The position numbers and the translations under genes were made by a program. A stretch of 64,000 nucleotides of DNA, taken from an uncultured Candidatus Saccharibacteria bacterium (GTDB lineage Bacteria; Patescibacteriota; Minisyncoccia; Phycocordibacterales; JABMNX01). The notes under the pieces are model-generated. The model worked only from the letters and a program-made list of their open reading frames with translations, was not told the origin of the DNA and ran no database searches. Shown in pieces: positions 25,318 through 35,750 of the stretch (the first letter of the stretch is position 1; the number at the start of each line of letters is the position of its first letter). The stretch is from positions 699 to 64,698 of the forward strand of contig CAZNRH010000004.1 in NCBI GenBank assembly GCA_964575755.1. Reading direction: 5' to 3'.

Positions 25318-26997
25318 ATGATTCGAGAGACTATTACAGATGTTATACAAAAAGCTCTTAAAGAGGTTGGTGTAACTACGGAAAGTACTGACTATAGTAT
25401 TAATTTGGAATACCCTGCTGATTTGAGTCATGGGGATTTTTCTTGTAATGTTGCCATGATTCTCGCGAAGAAGGAAGGTAGGAATCCAAAAGAACTAGCA
25501 GAGGAGATAGTGAAGAATATAGAAAAAATTTTGGAAATAGAGAAGGTTGAGGTGGCTGGGGCTGGGTTTATTAACTTCTATCTCTCTAAGAGTTTTTATG
25601 TTGGAAATATTAAAGATATTTTAAAGACTGAAGAAAAATGGGGAAGAAATAATTCTTTAAAAGGTAAGAAAATAATGGTGGAGTACACTGACCCGAATCC
25701 GTTTAAGGTTTTTCATATTGGACATTTGATGAGTAATACTATTGGTGAATCTATTTCAAGACTTATTGAATTTTCTGGAGCTGATGTAAAGCGAGCAAAT
25801 TATCAAGGGGACATTGGTCTACATGTTGCCAAGGTACTGTGGGCTGTGGGCAAAGAAGGATTTGATGTGCGAAGTGTTAGTGATTTGGGTAAAGCATATG
25901 CATATGGACATGATAAGTATAAGGGAAGTGAAGATGTGAAGCTTGAAATAAATGAACTTAATAAGCGTATTGTAGCCAAAGATTCTGATTTAATGGATAC
26001 GTATGAAATTGGACTTAAGACATCACTTGCTCATTTTGATGAAATATATAAAACACTTGGTACGGATTTTGACTATTCTTTTTTTGAGAGTGAGTCTTTG
26101 GAAATTGGACTACCGATGGTTGATAAAGGTCTTCTAGATGGAATTTTCGAAGAAAGTGAAGGAGCTGTTGTATTTAAAGGCGAAGAGTATGGACTTCATA
26201 CTCGTGTATTTAAGACTAAGCACGGCACTACGACATATGAGACACGCGACCTTGGCTTGCCAATACTGAAACAGAAGCAGTTTAATTTCGATATAAGCAT
26301 TACTGTGACTGCGGTTGAGCAGAAGACATATTTCGATGTTGTGTTTAAAGCTTTTTCATTACTGAGGCCTGACTTTAAAGGTGAGTTAGTTCATGTGCCT
26401 CATGGACTGATGCAATTAAGTGAAGGTAAGATGTCATCAAGAAAAGGTAACGTGATTACTGGAGAGTCACTTATTGAGCTAGTTGAAGAAGGTGCCAATG
26501 AGAGGATGAGCTCTTTTGAGGTGGATAATAAAGAAGAGGTGACAGAGCAGGTTGCCATAGCTGCAATTAAGTACGGTATTTTAAAACAGTCTTCGGGGAA
26601 AAATATTATCTTTAATAAAGACCAGGCACTTTCCTTTGAGGGTGACTCTGGTCCGTATCTACAATATACAAATGCTAGGATTCTTTCTGTATTAGGGAAA
26701 GCAAAAGCCGAAGGTGTTGTAGAGAAAGCTACTGAAAGTAATGAGGTGACTGATATTGAGAGACTACTTCCGCGTTTCAAGGATGTTATAGAAAGGGCGG
26801 TGAGTGAGTATGAGCCACACTACGTTACTACGTACTTGACTGAATTAGCTGGAACGTTTAATAGTTGGTATGGACAGACTAAAATTCTAGATGGTACTGA
26901 TGACGCTCAAGCAAAACTTGCTATAGCTCACGCTGTTTCTGTAACTCTACAAAATGGTCTGTATCTCCTCGGCATCAAAGCCCCTGAAAGGATGTAA
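25318..26997 (+). CDS. argS: Arginyl-tRNA synthetase
   Basis: 'TDPNPFKVFHIGHLMSNTIGESISRL' (HIGH) and 'KMSSRKGN'. Confidence 0.9.
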   Translation: MIRETITDVIQKALKEVGVTTESTDYSINLEYPADLSHGDFSCNVAMILAKKEGRNPKELAEEIVKNIEKILEIEKVEVAGAGFINFYLSKSFYVGNIKDILKTEEKWGRNNSLKGKKIMVEYTDPNPFKVFHIGHLMSNTIGESISRLIEFSGADVKRANYQGDIGLHVAKVLWAVGKEGFDVRSVSDLGKAYAYGHDKYKGSEDVKLEINELNKRIVAKDSDLMDTYEIGLKTSLAHFDEIYKTLGTDFDYSFFESESLEIGLPMVDKGLLDGIFEESEGAVVFKGEEYGLHTRVFKTKHGTTTYETRDLGLPILKQKQFNFDISITVTAVEQKTYFDVVFKAFSLLRPDFKGELVHVPHGLMQLSEGKMSSRKGNVITGESLIELVEEGANERMSSFEVDNKEEVTEQVAIAAIKYGILKQSSGKNIIFNKDQALSFEGDSGPYLQYTNARILSVLGKAKAEGVVEKATESNEVTDIERLLPRFKDVIERAVSEYEPHYVTTYLTELAGTFNSWYGQTKILDGTDDAQAKLAIAHAVSVTLQNGLYLLGIKAPERM

Positions 26998-27107
26998 TTT
27001 AGTAGTAGTGGACTTTAAATATAATACGTTTTGTATGTTTACTTGAGTATGGTAGTTTTAATCTAGAAAAATTTATAGTAGAAACACTTGAGAAAGGAGA
27101 AAAAACA

Positions 27108-27395
27108 GTGTCCAACAGTGAAAATTCATATATATGCTTAGTGTATAACCTTCACGGTGCGATAGCTAAGTCGCGTGAAATCGGGTATCCAGTCTGCCTT
27201 ACATCAAAACGAGCTAAATCTTACAAGGAAGATGACGAGGTAGCAACTTTTATTATTACTTCAAAAAAGAATCTCGAAAAGCATTTTGCCGATGCCCTTA
27301 AAAGAAGTGACTGTAAAACAGTTGGCATTAAAAAGTTCAAAAAAAATTTTGATAGAAAAGAAGCTATGGCTTTGATGAACAAAGCTTTTAAGTAA
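27108..27395 (+). CDS. Hypothetical small protein
   Basis: 95-aa ORF followed by a terminator; no recognisable motif. Confidence 0.4.
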   Translation: MSNSENSYICLVYNLHGAIAKSREIGYPVCLTSKRAKSYKEDDEVATFIITSKKNLEKHFADALKRSDCKTVGIKKFKKNFDRKEAMALMNKAFK

Positions 27396-27399
27396 AAAG

Positions 27400-27442
27400 T
27401 TAACACCACCTCAATCCGATGGAATTGAGGTGGCTTCTTTTA
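27400..27442 (+). terminator. Rho-independent terminator
   Basis: 'ccacctcaatccgatggaattgaggtggcttcttttat'. Confidence 0.7.
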
Positions 27443-27476
27443 TACAGGCTATAAATCTGATACTATCTATTGATAT

Positions 27477-30400
27477 ATGACTGATAGTAAAGATATTTCT
27501 AACACTTCTAATAATGTGCAAAACAAGAGTGATATAGCGCTACACGAAGAGGCTATTTTAGAGTTTTGGAATAAAAATAATATTTTTAAAAAGTCTGAAG
27601 AAAAGGATGCTCCGAAAGGGGAGTTTGTTTTTTACGATGGTCCTCCATTCGCTAGTGGACCCCCTCACTATGGACATTTCCTAGCAAGCACAATAAAGGA
27701 TGCTATACCGCGATATAAGACTATGCGAGGGTATCGTGTGAATCGTAGATGGGGGTGGGATTGCCACGGTCTTCCTGTTGAGAATCTAATTGAAAAAGAA
27801 CTTGACCTTAAAACAAAAAAAGATATAGAACTGTACGGTATAGAAAAATTTAACGAAGCCGCTAGAAGTTCGATAATGAGGGATGCTGATATTTGGAAAA
27901 AAATTATTCCTCGTTTGGGACGTTTTGTTGATATGGAACGTGACTACAAAACGATGGATACCTCATACACAGAGAGTGTGTGGTGGATATTTAATGAACT
28001 GAATAAAAAGAAATTTATCTATAAAGGTTTTAAATCGATGCACCTTTGTCCTAGGTGTGGGACAACTCTTTCTAATTTTGAAGTGAATCAGGGGTACAAA
28101 GATATAACTGATATTTCTGTATATGTAAAACTAGAACTTGAAGACGAACCGGGTACATATTTGCTGGTATGGACTACAACTCCGTGGACACTTCCAGGGA
28201 ATATGGCGGCAGCTATTCATAAGGATGTCACATACATAAAAGTAAAAACAGATGCAGGTAATCTTATCCTTGCTAAAAACCGACTATCTGTATTAGATGG
28301 TGAGTATTCTGTCATTGAAGAATTTAAGGGTGAGAAACTTCTAGGTAAATCGTACACACCTTTGTTTAGTTATTTTCAAGATTCTGAAATAAAAGGTAGG
28401 GAAAACGCTTGGAAGATTTATCATGCTGATTATGTTTCTACGGAAGATGGGACTGGGGCGGTGCACATAGCGCCTGCGTTTGGTGAAGAAGATTTACAGC
28501 TAGCACAAAAGGAAGGAATTCCCATAGTACATCACATAAGCCCCGATGGAGAGTTTATAAAAGAAGTAAAAGATTTTGCTGGGCTACAAGCAAAACCAAA
28601 AGACGATCCTCAGAGGACTGATATTGAGATTATTAAACATCTTGCGCATGATGAAAGAAATCTTTTGTATAAGAAAGAGAAGGTTACTCATTCATACCCG
28701 CATTGTTGGAGGTGTGATACTCCTTTGCTTAACTATGCTTCATCTTCATGGTTTGTAAAAGTAAAAAGATTTAAAGATAAACTTGTTTCTGAAAATAAGA
28801 AAATTAAATGGGTTCCAAAAGAAATGGGGGAAAATAGGTTTGGTAATTGGCTTGAAGGAGCTCGCGACTGGGCAATTTCAAGAAGTAGATACTGGGGTGC
28901 TCCGCTTCCAGTATGGGAGGATAAGAAAAAAAGCACATACATAACATTTGGCTCAATAGCAGATCTTAAAAAGAGTATAAAAAGGTCTGGGAATAAATAT
29001 CTAATAATGCGTCATGGTGAAGCGGTGTTTAATACTAAAAACACTCTTAATTCTAACGTATCCGTCGACAATCCTCTAACAGAAAAAGGTAAAGAAAATA
29101 TAAAGATTGCCGTTAAAGGATTAAGTGGAAAGATAGATGTCGTTATACATTCACCACTGCAAAGGACTCGCGAGACAGCAAAGCTTTTAGTGAAAGAACT
29201 TGGTTTGTCTGAAGAGATATTAAAAGAGGATGCGCGGCTTAAAGAGGTTACATTTGGTGAGTTTGAAGGAAAGTCAGTTGATAAATATCACTCTTTTTAT
29301 AAATTTACTAAAGAACAAATGCTTAAGAAGCCTCATGGTGGGGAATCATGGAGTGAGGTTAAGAACAGAATTACAGAAGCTCTATATAAATTTGAAAATG
29401 AATATAAAGACAAGACTATTTTAATTGTTTCTCACAATGGACCGCTTCAAATGATACAAGCTGGAAGTGAGGGGTTTGATATGGATACATGTGGAGAGTG
29501 TATAACTGACGATAGATTTGATTTAAAGACTGGTGAAGTGCGAGAGCTTTCATTTATTCCACTTCCGCATAATAAAAATTTTGAGCTTGATTTACATAGA
29601 CCATATATTGATGATGTTGAGGTTGTAAATAAAGAGGGTGAAGTGCTAAAGCGAGTTCCTGAAGTGTTTGACTGCTGGTTTGAATCTGGCTCTATGCCGT
29701 ATGCACAACAACATTATCCGTTTAAGAATACTGATACATTTGAACCAAAAAGTGGATTGTTTTCTAAGTCTAAAGGCTACCCAGCCGATTTTATTGCAGA
29801 AGGAACGGATCAGACACGTGGGTGGTTTTACTCCCTGATTGTCCTAGGTGTTGGACTCTTTAACAAAGCGCCGTATAAAAATGTAATAGTAAACGGAATG
29901 ATTTTGGCTGAGGATGGTCAGAAGATGAGTAAGCGTCTTAGAAATTACCCTGACCCTGTAGGGGTTATGGATAAATATGGTGCCGATGCCCTTAGGTACT
30001 ACTTACTTTCCTCGCCTATTGTACGTGGTGAAGATTTAAGCTTCTCTGAAAGTGGGGTTGATGAAGTAATGAAGAAGCTTGTTGGACGACTTTCTAATGT
30101 GAGTTCGTTTTATGAATTGTATAAGGGTGATGTCGAAGATAAAACAAAATCAAACAGTACACATATGCTCGACAGGTGGATTCTTGAGCGAACTAAAGAA
30201 TTAACAAAAGCAGTGACTGATGCGATGGAGAAGTATGAGCTCGATAAGGCAACGCGACCAATAGGTAAGTTTATTGATGATCTTTCTACGTGGTATATCA
30301 GGCGTTCTAGAGATAGGTTTAAAGGTGATGATACGGAGGATAAACTGTACGCACTTAATACTACGAGAGAGGTGTTGTTTGAGATGAGTAAAATAATTGC

Positions 30401-30992
30401 ACCGTTTATGCCGTTTTATGCAGAGACGTTGTATCAAACAGTTAAGAGTGAGTCAGACCCTGAGAGTGTGCACTTGTGTGAATGGCCTGAGGTTATGTCG
30501 GTAGACAATAATATACTAAATGAGATGGAAGAGGTTAGAAATATTGTGTCTCTCGCCCTTGAAGCGCGTTCTTCCGATGGCATAAAAGTTCGACAGCCGT
30601 TAGCTCAATTAAAAGTTAAGAGTAAAAAACTAAAAGGTAAAGACGGACTACTTGAACTTATACAAGATGAAGTGAATGTTAAAGAGGTGGTCGTAGACTC
30701 TTCAATAGAACCTGATGTTTTACTGGATATTAAACTAACTCCAGAGTTGAAGAGTGAAGGTGTTGCGCGAGATATTGTACGGCAGATACAGCAGTTCCGT
30801 AAAGATAGTAATCTATCACCTCAAGATACTATTACTCTTGTTGTTGACGTGGATAGCGACCTTAAGAAGATTATTGAAGATAATATGGAAGATATAAAAC
30901 AAACTGCACTCATTAGAGAGATCTTGTTCGAGTCAGTTGATGGAGAAGGTGCTTCTATTTCAGGGAAACGAATCGCGTTTAAGCTTAAGTAA
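27477..30992 (+). CDS. ileS: Isoleucyl-tRNA synthetase (eukaryote/archaeal-like type) with an inserted histidine-phosphatase (PGAM-family) domain
   Basis: 'GPPHYGHFLAS', 'GWDCHGLP', 'EVFDCWFESGSMPYAQ' and 'GQKMSKRLRNYPDP' place it in IleS. The ~190-aa insertion (aa ~505-695) carries the histidine-phosphatase motifs 'IMRHGEAVFN', 'PLTEKG', 'HSPLQRTRETA', 'FGEFEG', 'IVSHNGPL'. Confidence 0.85.
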   Translation: MTDSKDISNTSNNVQNKSDIALHEEAILEFWNKNNIFKKSEEKDAPKGEFVFYDGPPFASGPPHYGHFLASTIKDAIPRYKTMRGYRVNRRWGWDCHGLPVENLIEKELDLKTKKDIELYGIEKFNEAARSSIMRDADIWKKIIPRLGRFVDMERDYKTMDTSYTESVWWIFNELNKKKFIYKGFKSMHLCPRCGTTLSNFEVNQGYKDITDISVYVKLELEDEPGTYLLVWTTTPWTLPGNMAAAIHKDVTYIKVKTDAGNLILAKNRLSVLDGEYSVIEEFKGEKLLGKSYTPLFSYFQDSEIKGRENAWKIYHADYVSTEDGTGAVHIAPAFGEEDLQLAQKEGIPIVHHISPDGEFIKEVKDFAGLQAKPKDDPQRTDIEIIKHLAHDERNLLYKKEKVTHSYPHCWRCDTPLLNYASSSWFVKVKRFKDKLVSENKKIKWVPKEMGENRFGNWLEGARDWAISRSRYWGAPLPVWEDKKKSTYITFGSIADLKKSIKRSGNKYLIMRHGEAVFNTKNTLNSNVSVDNPLTEKGKENIKIAVKGLSGKIDVVIHSPLQRTRETAKLLVKELGLSEEILKEDARLKEVTFGEFEGKSVDKYHSFYKFTKEQMLKKPHGGESWSEVKNRITEALYKFENEYKDKTILIVSHNGPLQMIQAGSEGFDMDTCGECITDDRFDLKTGEVRELSFIPLPHNKNFELDLHRPYIDDVEVVNKEGEVLKRVPEVFDCWFESGSMPYAQQHYPFKNTDTFEPKSGLFSKSKGYPADFIAEGTDQTRGWFYSLIVLGVGLFNKAPYKNVIVNGMILAEDGQKMSKRLRNYPDPVGVMDKYGADALRYYLLSSPIVRGEDLSFSESGVDEVMKKLVGRLSNVSSFYELYKGDVEDKTKSNSTHMLDRWILERTKELTKAVTDAMEKYELDKATRPIGKFIDDLSTWYIRRSRDRFKGDDTEDKLYALNTTREVLFEMSKIIAPFMPFYAETLYQTVKSESDPESVHLCEWPEVMSVDNNILNEMEEVRNIVSLALEARSSDGIKVRQPLAQLKVKSKKLKGKDGLLELIQDEVNVKEVVVDSSIEPDVLLDIKLTPELKSEGVARDIVRQIQQFRKDSNLSPQDTITLVVDVDSDLKKIIEDNMEDIKQTALIREILFESVDGEGASISGKRIAFKLK
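28990..29560 (+). other. Histidine-phosphatase (phosphoglycerate-mutase-like) domain nested inside ileS
   Basis: Motifs RHGE, SPLxRTxxTA, EG and SHNG lie between the IleS segments '...YWGAPLPVWED..ITFGSIADLKK' and 'DLHRPYIDD...PEVFDCWFESG'. Confidence 0.75.
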
Positions 30993-31002
30993 CAAGATTG
31001 TT

Positions 31003-31596
31003 ATGTCACATCATAGATACCAGACAGAGGCGATTATACTAGGGAGCTCTGATATGGGTGAGGCTAACCGGTTTATTGATATGTATACTGCAGAGCTTGG
31101 AAGGATTCGTGCTGTTGCAAGGAGTGTGAGGGAAGAGCGCTCTAAACTCAGGTTTTCTTTACAGGATTTCTCTATGGCAGAGGTTTCTTTAGTTCGAGGG
31201 AGGGAGGTATGGCGTATTGTTGGGGCAGAGAGCGGATACAATTTTCATAATGAATTTAAGGAAAATAATGGCGAGACAAAAACAGCACTTAGAATGGTCT
31301 CACTTTTAAAGAGATTACTTAATGGCGAGGAAGAAAACAGGGAGCTATTTACCGTTGTGTCAGACGCTTTTTCATTTCTTAAAACAAGCTCTCTTTCTGA
31401 TGAGGAATTAAGTAGCTTTGAATGTTTAGTCGTGCTTCGTATACTTTATAATCTTGGATATGTTGCAAAAGATAGTACAAACGCGCGATTTCTTGATACT
31501 GCAGATATTCATGTTGACTTGATGTCACACATCTCTCCGATGCGAGAAGATGTTATAAAACAAATTAACACTTCACTTCAAGAAAGTCAGCTTTGA
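31003..31596 (+). CDS. recO: DNA repair protein RecO (short form)
   Basis: 'YQTEAIILGSSDMGEANRFIDMYTAELGRIRAVARSVRE' N-terminal OB-fold pattern. Confidence 0.7.
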   Translation: MSHHRYQTEAIILGSSDMGEANRFIDMYTAELGRIRAVARSVREERSKLRFSLQDFSMAEVSLVRGREVWRIVGAESGYNFHNEFKENNGETKTALRMVSLLKRLLNGEEENRELFTVVSDAFSFLKTSSLSDEELSSFECLVVLRILYNLGYVAKDSTNARFLDTADIHVDLMSHISPMREDVIKQINTSLQESQL

Positions 31597-31603
31597 TAAT
31601 TTT

Positions 31604-32401
31604 ATGACAAAAGAGAAACCACGACCAAACTTAAATAGTGATAAGGAATATATAAATAAGATACACAATCTTATTATTAAAAAAAATAACATTGAAGAGA
31701 TTCACTTTGAATATTTAAACGAAGCTTTGTTTGACCTCGGCATCACGTCAGATATTTACAAGGATTTCTCTTTGGGATCTGTACCAGAAGAAATAAGACT
31801 ATCCATTGAAAGAGCTTTTGAATATATAGAAAATAATGAATTGTCAGATGAGGTGTTAGTTAAGATTTACAGGCTTTGGGACTATTTAACAGAGAGCGAT
31901 CCCTTAGAAAAAGCAGATATAATTTATGTGTTCGGAGGAATTAGTGAATTAGGAGTGAAAGAATCTATACGAATAAAAAACAAAGGCTATGCCTCTAAGA
32001 TTTTGTTTAGTGGGAAACACGCTTCATATATGAAAGATGTTGAACTTTCTGAAGCTGAAAAATATACAGAATTGGCAATTAAGAGTGGTGTGTCCAAAGA
32101 AGATATAATTTTAGAGAAAGAGTCTATAAATACTCCAGAGAATATTGTGAATTCTGCAAAAATTTTACATGAAATGAATTTTCTTCCTAAGAAGATAATT
32201 GCCGTAAGTCTTCCATATCACATGAAAAGAGCTTCGTTAACAATGAAAGGAGGATTTGATTGGGAGTTTCAATTAATTCGTCACCCAGGTCTTTCCGCAA
32301 AATATACAAGAGAAAGCTATTTTAGAGACAAGAACGGATGGACGTACATTTGCTATGAATTCATTAAAATATATATGGCACGGAAGATGGGGCATTTTTA
32401 A
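31604..32401 (+). CDS. DUF218 (YdcF/ElyC/SanA-like) domain protein
   Basis: 'ADIIYVFGG...ILFSGKHA...INTPENI...IAVSLPYHMKRA'. Confidence 0.65.
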   Translation: MTKEKPRPNLNSDKEYINKIHNLIIKKNNIEEIHFEYLNEALFDLGITSDIYKDFSLGSVPEEIRLSIERAFEYIENNELSDEVLVKIYRLWDYLTESDPLEKADIIYVFGGISELGVKESIRIKNKGYASKILFSGKHASYMKDVELSEAEKYTELAIKSGVSKEDIILEKESINTPENIVNSAKILHEMNFLPKKIIAVSLPYHMKRASLTMKGGFDWEFQLIRHPGLSAKYTRESYFRDKNGWTYICYEFIKIYMARKMGHF

Positions 32402-32456
32402 ATGTAAATTCTTCCACTATCCACTTTTTACTATCTACTCTATACTTATCTAGTAT

Positions 32457-34358
32457 ATGAACGAGAAGGATAGAATAAAGAGTTTACGGAGGAGGCTCTA
32501 CTCACGCCGTGGTATAAAGTCTGACGGGAGACATGGACTGCGTTCTGAAGATAGCTCGGTAAAAAGATCGTGGACTCAACCAAGTGTTAAAAAGAAAGAC
32601 TCTCCAGTAAAAGAGAAGAGGTCTCTACTGGGATTGTTTTTCACCATTTCGGTACTGTTTTTCATTGGTTCTGTGATGTTTGGTTCTTTTTATTTTTTTG
32701 AAGAGAAAAATGTCGTTTCGTCAGATAATGTTGACATACAAATTCAGGGTCCAACTGCAATAGGTGGTGGGGAAGAGTTAGAACTACAAGTGACTATTGT
32801 AAACAAGAATGCGACTACGCTTCAGTTAGTAGATTTACTTGTTGAATACCCCGAAGGGACTCGTTCTCCAGGAGACTTACAAAATGAATTACTTAGGTTT
32901 AGGAGCTCGATCGGTAACATTGTGCCTGGCGAGCGTGTGAACAAAAGTATAGGCGCCGTCTTGTTCGGTGAAGAAAATACCCAGAAAAGTATTACTGTTA
33001 CTGTGGAATACAGAGTGGCTGGATCTAATGCAATATTTTTCGCTGAAAAGGAGTACCAAGTTACTTTATCTTCGTCACCTGTGAACGTCTCAGTACGTTC
33101 GTTTAATGAAGTCGTGTCTGGGCAAGAGATTGATTTCACTGTTGTGGTCAACTCTAACTCAAGTGCACTTGTCGAGAACCTAATACTAAGAGCAGAATAT
33201 CCTTTCGGATTTTCGTTTACTAAATCTGAGCCAGAAGCTAAGTTCTCAAACTCTATATGGGACATTGGCGACTTAGACCCAGAACAGGAAAAGACAATAC
33301 GTATATTTGGCGTAATGACAGGGCAGGACAATGAAGAAAGAGTGTTTCGTTTTGAGGTTGGTGTACGAGATGACTTAGATGTAAAGAAGCTTGCGACTAC
33401 ATTTGTCTCTACAACTCGCGGAATAACTATAAAGCGTCCATTTATAAGTGCGGATATTACACTTAATGACAAAAGAGAGGATTTGTATGTTTTTTCAAGT
33501 GGCGAACAGATTAGTGGCGAGATAGCGTGGAAGAATAATTTAACAGATACTATTTCTGATGCACAGTTTGAGATTAATCTCTCTGGGAATTCTGTCGACG
33601 AGTCATCTATATTGGCTGAACAAGGTTTTTATAATTCTGTAACCAATACCCTCCGTTGGGGTAGGGATACTAAGCAGGGGCTTGCGGAGCTAAGTCCGTC
33701 ACAAGCTGGAATTATTAAGTTTAATTTTAAAACTAAAAATATTGCAGTGTTTGGGATTAGGAATCCAGAAATCATACTTAGTTTAACTGTTCGTGGGAGG
33801 AGAGAGAGTGAAAGTAACGTGCCTGAGCAGATAGAATCTATAATTACGAGAAAGATACGTATCTCGTCTGACTTAAATCTTACTTCACGTCTACTTTATA
33901 ACACTGGAGGTATAGTAAACAGTGGGCCACTTCCACCTGTTGCGGAAAGAGAAACGCTATATACTGTTGTCTGGACTATTACGAATACTGCCAACCATGT
34001 GTCTGGTGTAAAAGTTGTTGCGGAACTGCCTTCTTATGTAAGGTGGGCAGGTAGATTTATACCAGGCGATGCGAGCATAAGCTTCAACCCTAATAATAAT
34101 CAGGTTACTTGGAATGTTGGGGAGGTGAAGCAGGGTGTGGGAGTTAGTGTAACTCCAAAAGAGGTGTCGTTTCAAATAGGACTCATCCCTAGCTTGAGTC
34201 AGGTTGGTGGAACACCAGCTTTAGTGCATAATCAGTCTATTGTTGGGTTTGACCAGTTTACTGAAGTACAAATAAGTGGCGTTAGTGCACCGCTCACTAC
34301 ACGAATTACTTCAGAGGTTGGACTACCTAGTGAACATGGGCGTGTATTGGCTCCATAA
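32457..34358 (+). CDS. Large membrane-anchored extracellular protein (basic cytoplasmic N-terminus, one TM helix, beta-rich ectodomain)
   Basis: 633 aa; TM helix 'LLGLFFTISVLFFIGSVMFGSFYFF', then Ser/Thr/Val-rich sequence. Confidence 0.5.
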   Translation: MNEKDRIKSLRRRLYSRRGIKSDGRHGLRSEDSSVKRSWTQPSVKKKDSPVKEKRSLLGLFFTISVLFFIGSVMFGSFYFFEEKNVVSSDNVDIQIQGPTAIGGGEELELQVTIVNKNATTLQLVDLLVEYPEGTRSPGDLQNELLRFRSSIGNIVPGERVNKSIGAVLFGEENTQKSITVTVEYRVAGSNAIFFAEKEYQVTLSSSPVNVSVRSFNEVVSGQEIDFTVVVNSNSSALVENLILRAEYPFGFSFTKSEPEAKFSNSIWDIGDLDPEQEKTIRIFGVMTGQDNEERVFRFEVGVRDDLDVKKLATTFVSTTRGITIKRPFISADITLNDKREDLYVFSSGEQISGEIAWKNNLTDTISDAQFEINLSGNSVDESSILAEQGFYNSVTNTLRWGRDTKQGLAELSPSQAGIIKFNFKTKNIAVFGIRNPEIILSLTVRGRRESESNVPEQIESIITRKIRISSDLNLTSRLLYNTGGIVNSGPLPPVAERETLYTVVWTITNTANHVSGVKVVAELPSYVRWAGRFIPGDASISFNPNNNQVTWNVGEVKQGVGVSVTPKEVSFQIGLIPSLSQVGGTPALVHNQSIVGFDQFTEVQISGVSAPLTTRITSEVGLPSEHGRVLAP

Positions 34359-34382
34359 ATAATATAAACAAAAGCAATAGAT

Positions 34383-35693
34383 ATGGGAAAAGAGAAAGAC
34401 AGCGAATTGATGGAGAAAATTGTTTCACTCACAAAGCGACGCGGTTTTGTGTTTCAAGGATCTGAAATCTATGGAGGTATAGCAGGAATGTTCGACTATG
34501 GACCACTTGGTGTTGCGCTTTCTCATAATATTACTGACTTGTGGTGGGATAAATTTGTTGATGCTCGAGATGATGTATATGGACTCGACGCAGCTATTAT
34601 AATGAACCCTAAAGTGTGGGAAGCGAGCGGACACGTGGACGGTTTTTCTGACCCAATGGTTGAATGTAAGAAGTGTAAAAAGCGTTTTAGAGAGGATCAG
34701 GTAGAAGGCGAATGCCTAGAGTGTGGTGGTGAGTTTGCGGATGCAAAACAGTTTAATATGATGTTTAAGACAAATGTTGGAGCTACTGAAGATGAGTCGT
34801 CTGTAACATACCTTAGACCAGAGACTGCTGGGGGTATTTTTACAAATTTTAAAAATGTAATGGATTCGATGCATCCAAAACTTCCGTTTGGTATCGCGCA
34901 AATAGGTAAAGCTTTTCGTAATGAGATTGCTCCGCGAGACTTTATTTTCCGACTGCGTGAGATGAAGCAAATGGAAGTAGAATATTTTGTTAAAGAAGTT
35001 GACTGGGAGGGTGCATTCTCACAGTGGCAGAAAAGTATGAATGAATACGCACAAGAGATAGGAATTGATAAAGATTCGCTACATGAACTTGAAGTTGGAG
35101 ACGGCGATAGAGCGCACTACTCAAAACGTACTATAGATTTTGAATTTGATTTTCCGTTCGGAAGAAAAGAGTTGTGGGGGTTGGCGTATCGCTCTGACCA
35201 CGATTTAACTTGTCATGCTAAAGCGTCTGGAGTTGATTTAACATACCTTGATACAGAAACTAATGAAAGATTTGTACCTCATGTTGTGGAACCATCGCTT
35301 GGTGTTGATAGGACGGTATTAGCTGTTCTTGTGTCTGCATATCGTGAGGATGAAGTAGGAGACAGTAAAAGGGTGTACCTTGCGTTTAAGCCATCTGTGG
35401 CGCCTATTAAAGCTGCTGTGTTTCCACTTATGAAGAATAAGCCAGAGCTTCAGGAGAAGGCTCGTGAGGTGTATAAAAACCTTAAGAAAGAGATTCCTCA
35501 AATAATGTTTGATGATAATGGAAATGTAGGCAAGAGGTATCGTAGGCAAGATGAAATAGGCACGCCGTACTGTATTACTATTGATTTCGATACTTTAGAA
35601 GATAATACTGTGACTGTGCGTAATAGAGATACAGCAGAACAAGAAAGGGTTTCAATTGAAAATCTTGTTGAGGTGTTGAAAAAAGATTTGTAA
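34383..35693 (+). CDS. glyS: Glycyl-tRNA synthetase (dimeric archaeal/eukaryal-type)
   Basis: 'RRGFVFQGSEIYGGIAGMFDYGPLGV' and 'FRNEIAPRDFIFRLREMKQME'. Confidence 0.9.
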   Translation: MGKEKDSELMEKIVSLTKRRGFVFQGSEIYGGIAGMFDYGPLGVALSHNITDLWWDKFVDARDDVYGLDAAIIMNPKVWEASGHVDGFSDPMVECKKCKKRFREDQVEGECLECGGEFADAKQFNMMFKTNVGATEDESSVTYLRPETAGGIFTNFKNVMDSMHPKLPFGIAQIGKAFRNEIAPRDFIFRLREMKQMEVEYFVKEVDWEGAFSQWQKSMNEYAQEIGIDKDSLHELEVGDGDRAHYSKRTIDFEFDFPFGRKELWGLAYRSDHDLTCHAKASGVDLTYLDTETNERFVPHVVEPSLGVDRTVLAVLVSAYREDEVGDSKRVYLAFKPSVAPIKAAVFPLMKNKPELQEKAREVYKNLKKEIPQIMFDDNGNVGKRYRRQDEIGTPYCITIDFDTLEDNTVTVRNRDTAEQERVSIENLVEVLKKDL

Positions 35694-35750
35694 TCTGGGT
35701 TAGCGTCTACTTACTGGCTACTACTATCTATTAATTATATAATTAATGGT

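Noticed and set aside
28990-29560. Considered whether the ileS insertion is an intein
   Set aside because: No Hint-domain blocks, the insertion is not at a catalytic-site residue, and the residue following the 'HN'-containing segment is Lys rather than Cys/Ser/Thr. The insert instead has all histidine-phosphatase motifs.
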